Assembly (NCBI RefSeq): GCF_006345805.1
Contig: NC_043016.1
Span: forward strand, 21,638,001 to 21,702,000
Source of the DNA: Octopus sinensis
Taxonomy: Eukaryota
Reading direction: 5' to 3'
DNA length: 64,000 nucleotides
The position numbers were made by a program, and so were the translations under genes. The notes below the pieces were generated by a model, which was not told the origin of the DNA, ran no database searches, and saw nothing but the letters and a program-made list of their open reading frames with translations. Below, piece by piece: positions 55,901-64,000 of the stretch; positions within the stretch are counted from its first letter, which is position 1, and every line of letters begins with the position of its first letter.

Positions 55901-56379
55901 TTTTGTCCAGTACCTCCTTGCTGAACAGGAGGCAAGACTTTTTGAGGTGTATTTGACTGTGGTGTTGAAGGTTGTGATAAAGGTTGTTGTTTAGGAGTGT
56001 GTTGTTGCTGTGGCTGGGCTTGTGGTGTAGGTGGCTTTTGTGGTTGGGACTGTTGTTGAGATTGAGACTGTAAGGAGTTCAGCTGTTGAGACTGTTGAGA
56101 AACTTGTGGTGGTTGTTGCACTGTCTGTTGCTGTTGTTGCTGTTGTGATGGAGGTTGCTGTGGTTGCATAGCTTGCTGTTGTGGTTGTAGAGCCATGGGT
56201 TGTTGTAACTGGACTTGCTGCTGGTGTTGTTGTGGCAGTGTGACTGCTTGCTGTTGGCTTGTTGAAGGAAGAGTTGGAAGAGTTTGTGGTGCAGCAATTG
56301 GTTGATGACTCTGAGACTGTGCTTGAACAGCTGTTTGCTGAATTGGTATGGTCTGAGATTCAGTAAGCAATCCGCTTAG
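7332..56379 (-). CDS. CREBBP: CREB-binding protein/p300 family histone acetyltransferase, 5'-partial spliced CDS (16 exons in window)
   Basis: Joined exons give bromodomain ([14 protein letters not shown]...[16 protein letters not shown]), RING/PHD, HAT ([23 protein letters not shown]), ZZ, TAZ2 and NCBD in canonical CBP order. All introns are GT-AG with matching phases. One internal TGA at 27042-27044. Confidence 0.97.
8022..8102 (-). repeat. Coding CAG/CAA repeat, 27 consecutive Gln after the NCBD
   Basis: 81 nt between the GAT (8105-8103) and ATG (8021-8019) codons. Confidence 0.95.
9397..9678 (-). CDS. CREBBP: CBP exon O, HAT end and ZZ start (VFFVIRLH...RYHCSQCD), 282 nt
   Basis: ORF 9289..9651. 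cAG acceptor, GTAAGT donor. Confidence 0.97.
9845..10003 (-). CDS. CREBBP: CBP exon N, Lys-rich autoinhibitory loop ([11 protein letters not shown]...[10 protein letters not shown]), 159 nt
   Basis: Hand translation. cAG acceptor, GTATGT donor. Confidence 0.96.
10140..10830 (-). mobile_element. Decayed RTE-like LINE 3' fragment
   Basis: The minus strand encodes GRIPKDLL and [11 protein letters not shown], typical of the RTE RT C-terminus. Confidence 0.5.
10930..11190 (+). mobile_element. RTE reverse-transcriptase fragments
   Basis: [17 protein letters not shown] (RT EQ.GF motif) and [10 protein letters not shown] (RT GVRQG motif). Confidence 0.55.
11195..13230 (-). mobile_element. Old RTE RT C-terminal remnant split by the hAT insertion (11195-11509 plus 13121-13230)
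   Basis: GWRKFRELL...KDKLYDA on one side continues across the TSD into an RTE-like C-terminus (DQDDWRNAV) on the other. Confidence 0.55.
11510..13120 (+). mobile_element. hAT/Buster (Charlie-like) DNA transposon, internally deleted
   Basis: TIRs CAGTGGTTCTCAAC / GTTGAGGACCACTG. 8-bp TSD TTCTAAAG / TTCCAAAG. Transposase remnants IAMDGAMTG and [11 protein letters not shown]. Confidence 0.92.
15172..15375 (-). CDS. CREBBP: CBP exon M, HAT ([42 protein letters not shown]...), 204 nt
   Basis: Hand translation gives 68 open codons. tAG acceptor, GTATGT donor. Confidence 0.96.
15488..15767 (-). CDS. CREBBP: CBP exon L, HAT catalytic core (RVYISYLDS...HIWACPP...EWYKK...IDYK), 280 nt
   Basis: ORF 15452..15763. 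The catalytic D, W and Y equivalents are intact. cAG acceptor, GTAATT donor. Confidence 0.98.
16335..16424 (+). mobile_element. SINE family 1 head fragment
   Basis: TGGCTATGTTG A-box-like and GGTTTAGTCCC B-box-like. Matches the 30.4 kb copy. Confidence 0.65.
16812..16952 (-). CDS. CREBBP: CBP exon K, HAT ([14 protein letters not shown]...QPNT), 141 nt
   Basis: ORF 16712..17065. tAG acceptor, GTATGA donor. Confidence 0.97.
17231..17378 (-). CDS. CREBBP: CBP exon J, HAT start ([18 protein letters not shown]...VKQGMKS), 148 nt
   Basis: ORF 17227..17478. cAG acceptor, GTAGGT donor. Confidence 0.97.
18188..18270. repeat. (TA)n-(GA)n compound microsatellite
   Basis: Directly visible. Confidence 0.95.
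21538..22239. mobile_element. ~700 bp element bounded by 28-bp perfect inverted repeats, containing hammerhead-like motifs
   Basis: ATATATATGTTATTTAGAGATAGTAGTC at 21538-21565 and its exact reverse complement at 22212-22239. Confidence 0.6.
23076..23146 (-). CDS. CREBBP: CBP exon I, PHD end ([23 protein letters not shown]), 71 nt, phase 2/1
   Basis: Hand translation. ttttttccAG acceptor, GTGAGT donor. Phases fit both neighbours. Confidence 0.93.
23468..23596. repeat. ~130 bp imperfect palindrome (MITE-like hairpin)
   Basis: GAAGCTGCAAAATTATCACAGAAC..CAGAGTTTC arm pairs with GAAACTCTG..GTTCTGTGATAATTTTTCAGCTT. Confidence 0.75.
24560..25800 (+). mobile_element. Decayed RLE-type non-LTR retrotransposon 3' part (Hero-like, R2 superfamily)
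   Basis: Remnants RKISWNEIW, a zinc-knuckle region ending RYT*RH, WEVAADL, and KRPTIIIW...LIELTV (PD-(D/E)xK-like endonuclease). Confidence 0.68.
26040..26185 (+). mobile_element. RTE LINE 3' tail fragment
   Basis: GTCCAACCCATGCCAGCATGGAAA shared with the 36.2 kb and 57.2 kb tails. Confidence 0.7.
27025..27099 (-). CDS. CREBBP: CBP exon H, PHD ([24 protein letters not shown]), 75 nt, contains an in-frame TGA
   Basis: tAG acceptor, GTAAGT donor. Homology is clear on both sides of the TGA at 27044-27042. Confidence 0.9.
27619..27675 (-). CDS. CREBBP: CBP exon G ([19 protein letters not shown]), 57 nt, phase 2/2, after a 21.9 kb intron
   Basis: Hand translation matches CBP 'TISKDQFEKKKNDTLDPEP'. 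cAG acceptor, GTAAGT donor. Confidence 0.94.
28640..29240. repeat. Compound (TA)/(CA)/(TATACA) microsatellite field
   Basis: Directly visible. Source of spurious I/Y/C-rich ORFs. Confidence 0.9.
30394..30803 (+). mobile_element. SINE family 1, near full length, with a 23-bp tandem duplication of the A-box head
   Basis: GAGTTTGATGGCTGTGTGGTAAG twice (30394, 30417), B-box-like GAGTTCAGTCCC, tail GACTGAAACAAGTAAAAGA. Confidence 0.82.
31680..31870 (-). mobile_element. RTE LINE 3' tail fragment
   Basis: TTTCCATGTTGGTATGGGTTGGACAG and GGATGTCCTTCCTAACACCAACCAC match the RTE tail family. Confidence 0.65.
32200..32345 (-). mobile_element. SINE family 1 head-half copy
   Basis: CTACCAAATCCAC...CACTTGCCCAAGG...GTGGGACTGA. 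Confidence 0.7.
32547..32806 (-). mobile_element. tRNA-derived SINE family 2 (GC-rich, apparently young)
   Basis: Minus-strand head GGAGACGCAATGGCCTAGTGGTTAGGGCAGCGG with A box TGGCCTAGTGG and degenerate B box GGTTTTGATTCC, then a non-tRNA body and a TA-rich tail. Confidence 0.8.
33325..33400 (-). ncRNA. Type I hammerhead ribozyme motif with A14G (second copy at 34760-34834)
   Basis: GACTCG-CTGATGA-A-GCT..stem II..AGC-A-GAG-ACCGCGGT-T-CGAGTT: 6-bp stem I, palindromic stem III, GUU site. Confidence 0.75.
33764..33840 (+). ncRNA. Type I hammerhead ribozyme motif with G5A (second copy at 35197-35272)
   Basis: GACTCG-CTAATGA-A-GCT..AGC-A-GAA-ACCGCGGT-T-CGAGTT. Confidence 0.75.
36089..38395 (-). 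mobile_element. 5'-truncated RTE-clade LINE with a long (ATG)n tail, relatively young
   Basis: RT ORFs 37913..38599 and 36951..37748 ([32 protein letters not shown]) with a frameshift near 37945. (CAT)n at 36089-36167. Confidence 0.93.
36318..36805. repeat. Tandem array of eight ~60-bp units in the RTE 3' UTR
   Basis: Each unit begins GTGCTTTTACGTG. Units alternate between two subtypes. Confidence 0.9.
38590..40640 (+). mobile_element. Heavily decayed RTE LINE (endonuclease and RT remnants, tail at 40505-40640), interrupted by a mariner fragment
   Basis: APE-like VGTMKSR and [11 protein letters not shown] remnants LDEMQF and WELLYADN, tail CATGCTAGCATGGAAA...GATGATGAT. Confidence 0.75.
40035..40480 (-). 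mobile_element. Mariner transposase N-terminal fragment
   Basis: [28 protein letters not shown] (mariner HTH region). Confidence 0.7.
40741..41040 (-). mobile_element. SINE family 1 copy
   Basis: GTCATTTGACTG..CCATGCTGGAACACC and CACTCACAAGGCTTTGGTCGACCCGAGG. Confidence 0.78.
41331..41377 (-). ncRNA. Minimal type I hammerhead-like motif with a G3-C8 core
   Basis: TGTCA-GTGAGCA-(degenerate stem II)-GAA-AATATT-T-TGACA. Confidence 0.6.
41730..41922 (-). mobile_element. Penelope-like element terminal fragment carrying a hammerhead-like motif (41825-41860)
   Basis: Minus-strand GCCATGATAGATCGTTAGCCACTAC is homologous to the 3' end of the PLE at 61850-61904. Confidence 0.6.
42781..43610. mobile_element. 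Inverted pair of SINE family 1 pieces (42781-42957 +, 43321-43610 -) around an RTE tail fragment (42985-43250 -)
   Basis: GACTGAAACAAGTAAAAGA versus TCTTTTACTTGTTTCAGT, with the RTE tail motif between them. Confidence 0.75.
44075..44295 (+). mobile_element. RTE LINE 3' UTR fragment
   Basis: TAAAAAGCACC repeat units and GTTAGGAAGGGCATC. Confidence 0.7.
44369..46856 (+). repeat. Three near-identical ~800-bp tandem copies separated by (TA)n
   Basis: AAAGATAAAACACAAAC starts at 44369, 45206 and 46056. Confidence 0.95.
47189..48527 (+). mobile_element. Decayed Tc1-like transposon with a long inverted arm
   Basis: [27 protein letters not shown] (paired-like HTH), [16 protein letters not shown]. 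Arm 47189-47379 is inverted relative to 48196-48351. Outer Tc1-like end near 48500-48527. Confidence 0.85.
49548..49628 (-). CDS. CREBBP: CBP exon F, RING ([26 protein letters not shown]), 81 nt, phase 2/2
   Basis: Hand translation. tAG acceptor, GTGAGT donor. Confidence 0.96.
50823..50980 (-). CDS. CREBBP: CBP exon E, bromodomain end and RING start ([10 protein letters not shown]...YYSYQN), 158 nt
   Basis: ORF 50819..51064. cAG acceptor, AG|GTAAAT donor. Confidence 0.97.
51114..51284 (-). CDS. CREBBP: CBP exon D, bromodomain ([12 protein letters not shown]...RVYKYCSK), 171 nt
   Basis: ORF 51105..51314. cAG acceptor, GTAAGA donor. Confidence 0.97.
54883..55001 (-). CDS. CREBBP: CBP exon C, bromodomain start ([40 protein letters not shown]), 119 nt
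   Basis: Hand translation, near-identical to the CBP bromodomain. AG acceptor, GTAAGT donor. Too short for the ORF track. Confidence 0.97.
55131..55638 (-). CDS. CREBBP: CBP exon B, 'IKTE/VKEE' acidic linker ending PPKSKK, phase 0/1
   Basis: Acceptor ttcattttcAG, donor AAG|GTAATA. In frame with ORF 55039..55605. Confidence 0.88.
55795..56379 (-). CDS. CREBBP: CBP exon A, Q/P-rich linker (LSGLLTESQ...KGKQLP), 585 nt, phase 0/0
   Basis: Acceptor tttcttctcAG at 56380-56381, donor GTATGT at 55794. Open frame matches ORF 55771..56370. Confidence 0.85.
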
Positions 56380-56929
56380 CTGAGAAGAAATTTGAAGAGA
56401 CTGGGAATAGAGAATTGTATAGAATTATATATGAGAAACATTAAATTTAGAAAATGAAAATTGAATACAAATGTAAATATACAAAAGACTTGAGTATATT
56501 CAAACATGTAAACAAATTGTATTGTATATATTAAATATGAGAGGAATATATATCTGAACACGCACCTTACATATATTCATATAACACTGAACACTTTAAT
56601 CAATAACATACATATACGTACATATATACATATAACCTTGCCACTGCAAAGTTACGTTTGCAAAAGAAATTTGTGATGATATAAATCTTTATTATTTATT
56701 AGCACACAAAAACAATGTCCAGTAAATTAAATACCCTTTACAAATAACTTAGAGGGTTTGAAAAAATTCAGTCTCAAAGCAAATAAGTGTGGTGTTGTTA
56801 ATTAGTCCCTATTCAAAATACTGGAAATAACTTCAATATCCAAGATTAGATAGAGTGAAATGTTTGAATCTCTAAGACAGTTATATACATGTATGTATGG
56901 ATATATATATATATGTATGTATGTATGTA

Positions 56930-57055
56930 TACACCATCAGGAGTGATACCGGAATGGACATGGCCAATCTGAAGGAAGCGGCCCAGGATAGAACTGACTA
57001 GAACACTGATCCAACGAGTGACCGAGAGTTGACTTCGACTGAGCGGATAGAGAGA
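56930..57055 (+). mobile_element. 3' end of a BovB-like RTE
   Basis: TIRSDTGMDMANLKEAAQDRTD*RTLIQRVTES*LRLSG resembles the BovB C-terminus (MDMSLSKLRELVMDREAW...SRTRLSD). Confidence 0.55.
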
Positions 57056-57164
57056 GATATATATACATGTATACATATATATGTGTATATATACACACAC
57101 ACAAACACACATATATGTATACAAATATATACATTAATGTATACATATATTTGTGTGTGTGTGT

Positions 57165-59860
57165 ATCATCATTGTTTAACATCTGCTTTCCATGCTGGCA
57201 TGGGTTGGACAGTTCGACTAAGGGCTGGCAAGCCAGAAGGCTGCACTAGGCTTCAATCCAATCTGGGAAAGATTCTACAGCTGAATGCCCTTCCTAACGC
57301 CAACCAATCCGAGAGTGTAATGGGTGCTTTTTATGTGCCACCAGCACGAGGGCCACTCAGGTGGTACTGGCATCACCCACACTTGAATGGTGCTTTTTAC
57401 GTGCCACTGGCATGGGAACCAGTCAGGCAACACTGGCAACAACCATGCTCTAATTGTTCTTTTTACATGCCACCGGCACGAGAGAAGTCAGGTGGCACTG
57501 GCATTGACCATGCTCGAATGCTGCTTTTTACATGCCACCAGCATGATTGCCAGTCAGGCACCACTGGCATTAACCACACTCGAATGGTGCATTTTACATG
57601 CCAATCAGGCAGTACTGCCATCGCCCAGAACAACGACTACACTTGCCTCAACAGGTCTTTGCAAGCACAGCTTATTGCCCAATAATTGAAGGGTACTCTT
57701 AAATGAGCTGGTTACACCCACTGGCATAGGCCACAATTTATGATCTCACTCGGGTTGCCAAGTCTTCTGAAGCACAGCATATCTCCAAAGGTCTCAGTCA
57801 CTTGTCATCACCTCAGTAAGGCCCAATGTTCAAAGGTTGTGCTTCACTATCTCATCCCAGGTCTTCCTAGTTCTACTTCTTCCATAGGTTCCCTGTACTG
57901 CTAGGGTGTGACACTTTTTCCACACAGCTGTCCTCATCCATATTCAACACATGACCAAGAGTTGACTTCGACCGAGCGGATAGAGAGAGATATATACATG
58001 TATACATATATGTGTATATATACACACACACATAATGTATACAAATATATACATTAATGTATACATATATTTGTGTGTGTGTGTGTGTATCATCATTGTT
58101 TAACATCTGCTTTCCATGCTGGCATGGGTTGGACAGTTAAACTAAGGACTGGCAAGCCAGAAGGCTGCACTAGGCTTCAATCTGATGTTTCTTGAATCCA
58201 ACTTTTCTCTCAGAGCGCTTACACTGTCATGTATACACATCCAACAGAGCATTCTGGCTTCATTCCTTGCAAGTTTACGCATGTCCTCAGCAGTCATGGC
58301 CAATGTTTCACTGCCGTATAGCATGGCTGTTTGCATACATGCAAAATAGTCTACCCTTTACTCTGAGCGAGAGGTCCTTTGTCACCAGCAAAGGTAGAAT
58401 AAGAATAGCCCGGGCTATTCTTATTCTAGCAGCTACACTCTCTAAGCATCCACCCCTGCTACTGACTTGGTCACCTAGGTAACAGAAGCTATCAATTACT
58501 TCTAGTTTTTCTCACCGGAATGTGACAGAAGCTGTTTTCTGCACATTTTCAGTGTTTATTGCCCCTGAGCATTTGCCACATAAAAAACAATCTTCCCAGT
58601 CAGCCTTCCTTTGATATTGCAGCACCTCTTATATGTCCATAGCTTACACTGGGTACATCTTATGGAGTTTCTAACCATGCCTTTTCTACTGAGGGGATCT
58701 GTAGTTTGTCTGCCTCCATACTTTGGTTTTTGCTAGATTGACTCTAAGGTCCTTCGATTCTAGACAGTGCTTCAACACCTGAAACTTTTCTAGTTCAGAT
58801 AGTGACTCAGCTATTAGAGCAAGGCCATCAGCATAGAGAAGCTCCCAGGGGCATTGTCTTGAATTCCTCTAATATTGCCTGGAGGACTACAGTGAATAAG
58901 AAGGGGCTGAGGACTGATCCTTGGTGAATCCCTACCTCTACCTGGAATTCTTCAGTGTAATCATTTCTAACCCTCACCTTACTGCCAGCATCTCTAGACG
59001 TGGCTTGTACAGCTCTCACTAACCACTCATCTATCTCTAGTTTCTGCAATGACTACCAAAGTTGAGAGGGGACTTTGCACCATCCACAGATCGGTCAGTA
59101 GCCCTCAACATGTCCTGCAGAAACCTCCAGCTGTCTTCCACATCATGTGATGCTATATCCCCCTCTATTCTGTCAAAAGCTTTGAGTAATATATCTCTAA
59201 ATCTCTGTCCATTTGCAGGATCCCTAAGCTTCCAGACCTTTCAACTCTATGCTGATCATCTTCTGGGCATCCATTTCACAACTAATCTATGTTGTGGAGT
59301 GCATTCTTCACCTGGGAAGGTTTTGGCTTTTATATATAGGCATCATTCCTGTTTCCTGGCGAGGATGTAATCAATTTGACTAGTGTGTCACCAGATCGGT
59401 AGGTAACTAGGTGACTGGCAGGTTTCCTGAAGTTAGTATGGCAAACCATAGGATCATTTGCATTGCAGAACTCCAGCAGCCTGGTTCCCTCCTCATTGCG
59501 GGGACCAAAACCATAGCCTCCATAGGCTGAGATAATTGATAGCTAAACCATGTTGCAGCACTAATCTATCTTCTATCAGACTCTTACTACCTTGATTACC
59601 TTATCAACCCATTTCTCTGCAAGAAGTATACCCTCGCCCGCGACCCCATCAGTGTTCCCTGCCCAGAATATCTCATATCTATGTTCTTTGCCTGTGAGGA
59701 ATCTTGCAGAACTTTCACTCCACCTTACTTCTTGGATGCAGCACAAATCTACATGTTTCCATTTAAGCATCTCAACAATCTCACCAGACCTACTTTTCAA
59801 TGTGCCAACCCTGAGGGTGTAGGCCCATGAGACCATGGGATGGCGGACAGCAGTGTCGTG
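57165..59860 (-). mobile_element. Near full-length decayed RTE LINE with an internal deletion and a templated insertion
   Basis: APE N-terminus (ORF 59576..59836), RT remnants ([15 protein letters not shown]), 3' UTR repeat array at ~57320-57620 and a short (ATG)n tail. Confidence 0.9.
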
Positions 59861-60329
59861 TATATATGTGTGTGTGTGTGTATATATCAGTAATTACTCA
59901 GGGTAGGCAGTTGGAGACCTTTATGTAGTAAAACAACCAAAAAAGAAACAAAAGGCAGTTTACCCCTGCATTTATAGCATGTAAAGAAAATGGTGTTGTA
60001 GGGGTGTACATAGCATGTGTACTACAGCAGTACTATGCATAGCTTAAATACTGAAATTGAAAGGCAGGGGTGAATTATGTCTACCTGATCTACAAAAACT
60101 AAAATATTTTGCATTTTATACATAGTAATCAGAGTAACCACCATAATTTTATTGAATCAGGTGCATATTTTGCCATAAAAGGAAGAGTGTCTCAACAGTG
60201 ATTCCTGATGGGCCAGGGGCTTTCCCTGTGTTCATATCCTAAATTGCTTTATCTACCAGGGTACTGTCAATTCAGATAGCTGAGTCAACATTTGGCAAAC
60301 TCCCCTCCCATTCAATTTCCATGTTCAGC

Positions 60330-61904
60330 AGTCTTTCATAATGGCATCTCTAAGCCTCTTTTTTTGCAGAATCATTAAAAGCAAGTGCACCATCATCCAT
60401 GTGGACACATTTCTCTCTTATGACATAACAATTTTTTTGCACACACTCTCCTGCAATCCGAAATACTTCAGTCTGTTGTTTCTCAATGCTGAACATAGGC
60501 AAACTCCTAATTTTCTACTTCTCCCTTGGCTAGATATACTTGTTTCCTAGCTTCCACTCTGGCTATTTGATACTGTTCCCTGCTGCCCCAACTCTTACAG
60601 GTGTGTTTCTTTGCTCCAATGGCCCTGTCTATGGTATTCACCCACCATCACATTACCATTGGTCTGGAAGAGACTTTGCACCAGACACAGATTTGGTCTG
60701 TACCACTAAGCATAGGGGCAGTGTACGCTCCAACATTTCCTTGACCTTCGACCCAACTCCCAACCTGACACATCCACACTCCTTCGTCTGACCGAACTTG
60801 TCCTCTCACTTAACTGCTTCTCGTTCGCAGGTGATTTTTACCAGCAAGACTCAGGATTGGCCATGGGAATGAGAATGGGCCCCAACTATGCAAACCTATT
60901 TGTTGGCTATGTTGAGACCCAAATATTCTCAAGTTTCACTGGTCCCACTCCTAAACTATATGGTTGTTATATTGATGTGACCTCACTCTCCTGCAAATAA
61001 CTACATTCTTTTGTCAAATCTTTCCATCTTGCCCTCCACTTCTCCTGTCAGTCGTCTTTCTTGACATTTTGGTCAGCATTCATCACTCCACTGTTACCAC
61101 CTCCATCCACTACAAACACACACTCATACCTCAACTTCTTCCCTAACCCAACCTCCCAACCTTGCTTGTTCCCCTGCTCCCACCCACGCTGCCACACTTG
61201 CCCTTACCTCTCCAACACCACCCTCCTCACAGGCACCCATCATCAACCCTATCATATCACTGACTCCTTCACCTGCACTTCTAGCAATGTCATCTACTGT
61301 ATCTCCTGCTCTGTCTTTCTCTATAAATAGGTCAAACGGGAAGCTGCTTGGCTGACTGGTTCACGGAACACACCAAAGACATCAGAGTCGGCAACAACAC
61401 TCCAGTCTCACGCCATTTCCACTCTATTGGTCACTCTTTACAACACCTGTCTGTGTTTAGATTGTCCATGCACAGGGCCATCTGGACTCCTGTCTTCGCC
61501 GTGAGCAGGCATTAAACTTCTCCCACCCATCTCTCCTCTCTTGCTCTGACAACTACTTCCTCTTTCACTCCCACCCACATTCTCCCTTCTACCCTCTCCT
61601 TTCATCATCACCCCCTCCCTTGTTAACCCACCCCAACCTACCTTCCTTGATTCCCCACCATACACACTAGCACTGACCACTTCCTAGCACCTATACCATA
61701 ATCCACACACGTACAGATGCACACCTCAATGTCATCAACCCCCTTCCACATGCACATACACACTCTCACCTTCATTTTGGGACCACCACTACTTTATTAT
61801 CTCCCCTTCTTCCTAGCTATCCTGTGTGACACCACTGCCTGGCATTTGCCACGATAAATTGCTAGCCACTAAACCATTTTCTATTTTGTCTCCCTGTTTA
61901 TTCT
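60330..61904 (+). mobile_element. Decayed Penelope-like element (RT plus GIY-YIG endonuclease)
   Basis: GLAMGMRMGPNYANLFVGYVE..YID (PLE RT) and FTCTSSNVIYCISC..(IG)QTG (GIY-YIG). Confidence 0.85.
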
Positions 61905-62142
61905 TTACATTCACTGCATTCAATTTTTCACAAATTTAAACATCCATTTCATTCACTGCAGAGTAGATTTTATTGTTTAATAGTAAACAACATTTTGAAC
62001 CATGAAGAACCAGATTTTTGCAATCTTTTGAATTTTCTTTAAACATTTTTTTGCAATTGGCTCCTAATACAGACATAGGCTTGCCCAAATGCATCAATAA
62101 TTTAACATTGATATTTTTTCACAGTTGTTACTATCACCTGAA

Positions 62143-62455
62143 ATGGAACACTGAAAGCACAATATTTGAGCAATTCTGCTATTCAACTTGAAAAAAGGAT
62201 GTTAAGCAGTGGAGTCTGCTCGTGATATCAACGAAACATTTGCTGATGAAATGACATTGAGTGATCAGCTTGAAAATGGATCAAATGATTTCACAGTGGA
62301 GTCCTGAGCTTTGAAGATCACAAGTATAGTGGAAGCCTGTCTGTCATCAATGACAGTTAATTAGAGACTGTCACTGAGAAAGATCCATGTGATCCCACTC
62401 GAGAACTGGCAAAAGAACTTCAAGTTAGCCAGAAACCTGCCAGCAACCATTTGTA
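62143..62455 (+). mobile_element. Mariner transposase N-terminal fragment
   Basis: AILLFNLKKG..AVESARDINETF and TRELAKELQVSQK. Confidence 0.72.
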
Positions 62456-62459
62456 TCCC

Positions 62460-62965
62460 TCTGCCTCTACCTCTCTCTTCTCTCCCCATGTGACTGGTGT
62501 TCGGCCAAGCTTGACCTTTCTTTCTTGGTTCAACTACCATCCATACAACAACTATATTCCTCCCTGTGTCTGTCTAATCTTATGTCCCTGCCATAAAGCT
62601 TTACTTCAACACACGCCAGCTTAATTTAATTCGTCCTTAGTCGAAAGACACCTGTTGTTATGTCCTGTTATTTGCATTTGTATTCGCATAACATTTCTCC
62701 GTTTTTTTCCATCCTTGTTTACGTACACCACTGCTTTCTTCCAAGGAATCTAATGCTCTCAGTTTTTCCTTGGGGCTGGCCAGATTGGAGCAATCTCGAG
62801 TATAACCAGTCAAAATTGCAAAGCTAATCTGGAACTCAACTGAGGATAGAAATCTCCGAATGACCCATCTTTGTTTTCTTTGTATTGTCTATCTGAATGT
62901 ATTTTTTTGTCCCTTTTTCGTATCACCTAACCGTCTGGATGTTTTCTGTTCTTGTCCCATTTTTG

Positions 62966-62975
<10 letters not shown>
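62460..62975 (+). mobile_element. Unclassified repeat, possibly a PLE-type terminal region
   Basis: Pyrimidine-rich repeat-like segment ending in (TA)n. No protein homology recognised. Confidence 0.3.
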
Positions 62976-62996
<21 letters not shown>

Positions 62997-63445
62997 AACA
63001 TATTATCAATAATAACAAATAGTAACAAAAGTAGAGGAAATAGCTAAGGTTCTCTGGCTGCTATTTCTAAACTTCGGTATGTGGTAAAGCAAATCTTTGC
63101 TGAACCCTAATTATAAAATATTACTTAAGTCCCTTTTCATGCCGAATTCTACTTGGTGAAATTATTGATTACTAGTTAGTTAATTAATTTTACTCTTGAT
63201 ATCAATGGAATTATCCAGTAATATTTTGCTAGTTTATTTTGTCTCTCCGTCTTCTCTCCAGCTGGTGTATGAACATTTTATGTGGTTTTAGAGTCAAGTT
63301 TTGACTGCTATTTCTAGCATGGTGGTATCGGTTAGATACCCTAATTTATAATTTTAATTATTACCATAGAAGGTTTTTATTTCCATGCTGGCCACTTGAT
63401 AAGTTCGGTATTTAAATATCGATGTTATCCTTATTTTTATAAATT

Positions 63446-63485
<40 letters not shown>

Positions 63486-64000
63486 TAGATAGATAGATAG
63501 ATGCATATATATATATATATATATATATGCATCTATGTTATAAGAGAAAGCTGTGTATCAATTAGGTATGTAACAGTTACTAAAACTAATAAAGAAAGTA
63601 ATCATTAAAGGAAGTATTTCTATAACTTCATGTTCTAAGAAATTTCTTATAATTTTGATCTGTGAATTTTGAACTCTTAATTTTTTGCATATTTAGATAT
63701 TCCTTACATTCACTGCATCCAATTTTTCACAAATTTAAACATCCATTTCATTCACTGCAAAGTAGATTTTAATGTTTAATAGTAAACAATATTAATTTGT
63801 TGCAGGTGAGATTTTCAATAGCTGTATAACAAGGCACAATTTTAATATTATCAGTTTCTGAAGTTTGTTAAATATTTTTGATAAAATGACATTTTTTTCA
63901 TATACTGGTATAATTCTTAAGTGATTCTGTGTTAGCAACCCAAACCAAGCAAAATTGTAAATATTTTCAGAATAAAAGGTGACCAATTCAAGGGAGTTCT

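Noticed and set aside
62840-62865. CTGAGGA...GAAT hammerhead-like spacing
   Set aside because: A15.1 is missing, stem II does not close at the core and there is no stem I.
56380-64000. Further upstream CBP exons (KIX, TAZ1)
   Set aside because: No CBP-like peptide was recognised. The region is almost entirely TE-derived intron.

Overview
AT-rich animal genomic DNA. The repeat families and the protein suggest a coleoid cephalopod, probably Octopus (inference). The window holds the 3' part of one large minus-strand gene, a CBP/p300 (CREBBP-like) lysine acetyltransferase. I could place 16 coding exons with GT-AG boundaries and consistent phases between 56379 and the TAG at 7332. They encode a Q-rich linker, bromodomain, RING/PHD, HAT, ZZ, TAZ2, NCBD and polyQ. 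The TAZ1/KIX exons were not found and presumably lie beyond 64000. One exon (27025-27099) has an in-frame TGA, best explained by two compensating small deletions and probably an assembly consensus error. Introns are packed with decayed elements: RTE LINEs, a Hero-like RLE retrotransposon, Penelope-like remnants, mariner, Tc1, hAT/Buster, tRNA-derived SINEs and microsatellites. The most striking signal is a set of type I minimal hammerhead ribozyme motifs in the introns. A tandemly duplicated giant palindrome (33.3-35.5 kb) has arms that each carry a hammerhead with a different textbook catalytic-dead change (A14G versus G5A). A separate motif at 41.3 kb shows G3-C8 core covariation. No prokaryotic features, CRISPR arrays, rRNA or bona fide tRNA genes were found.
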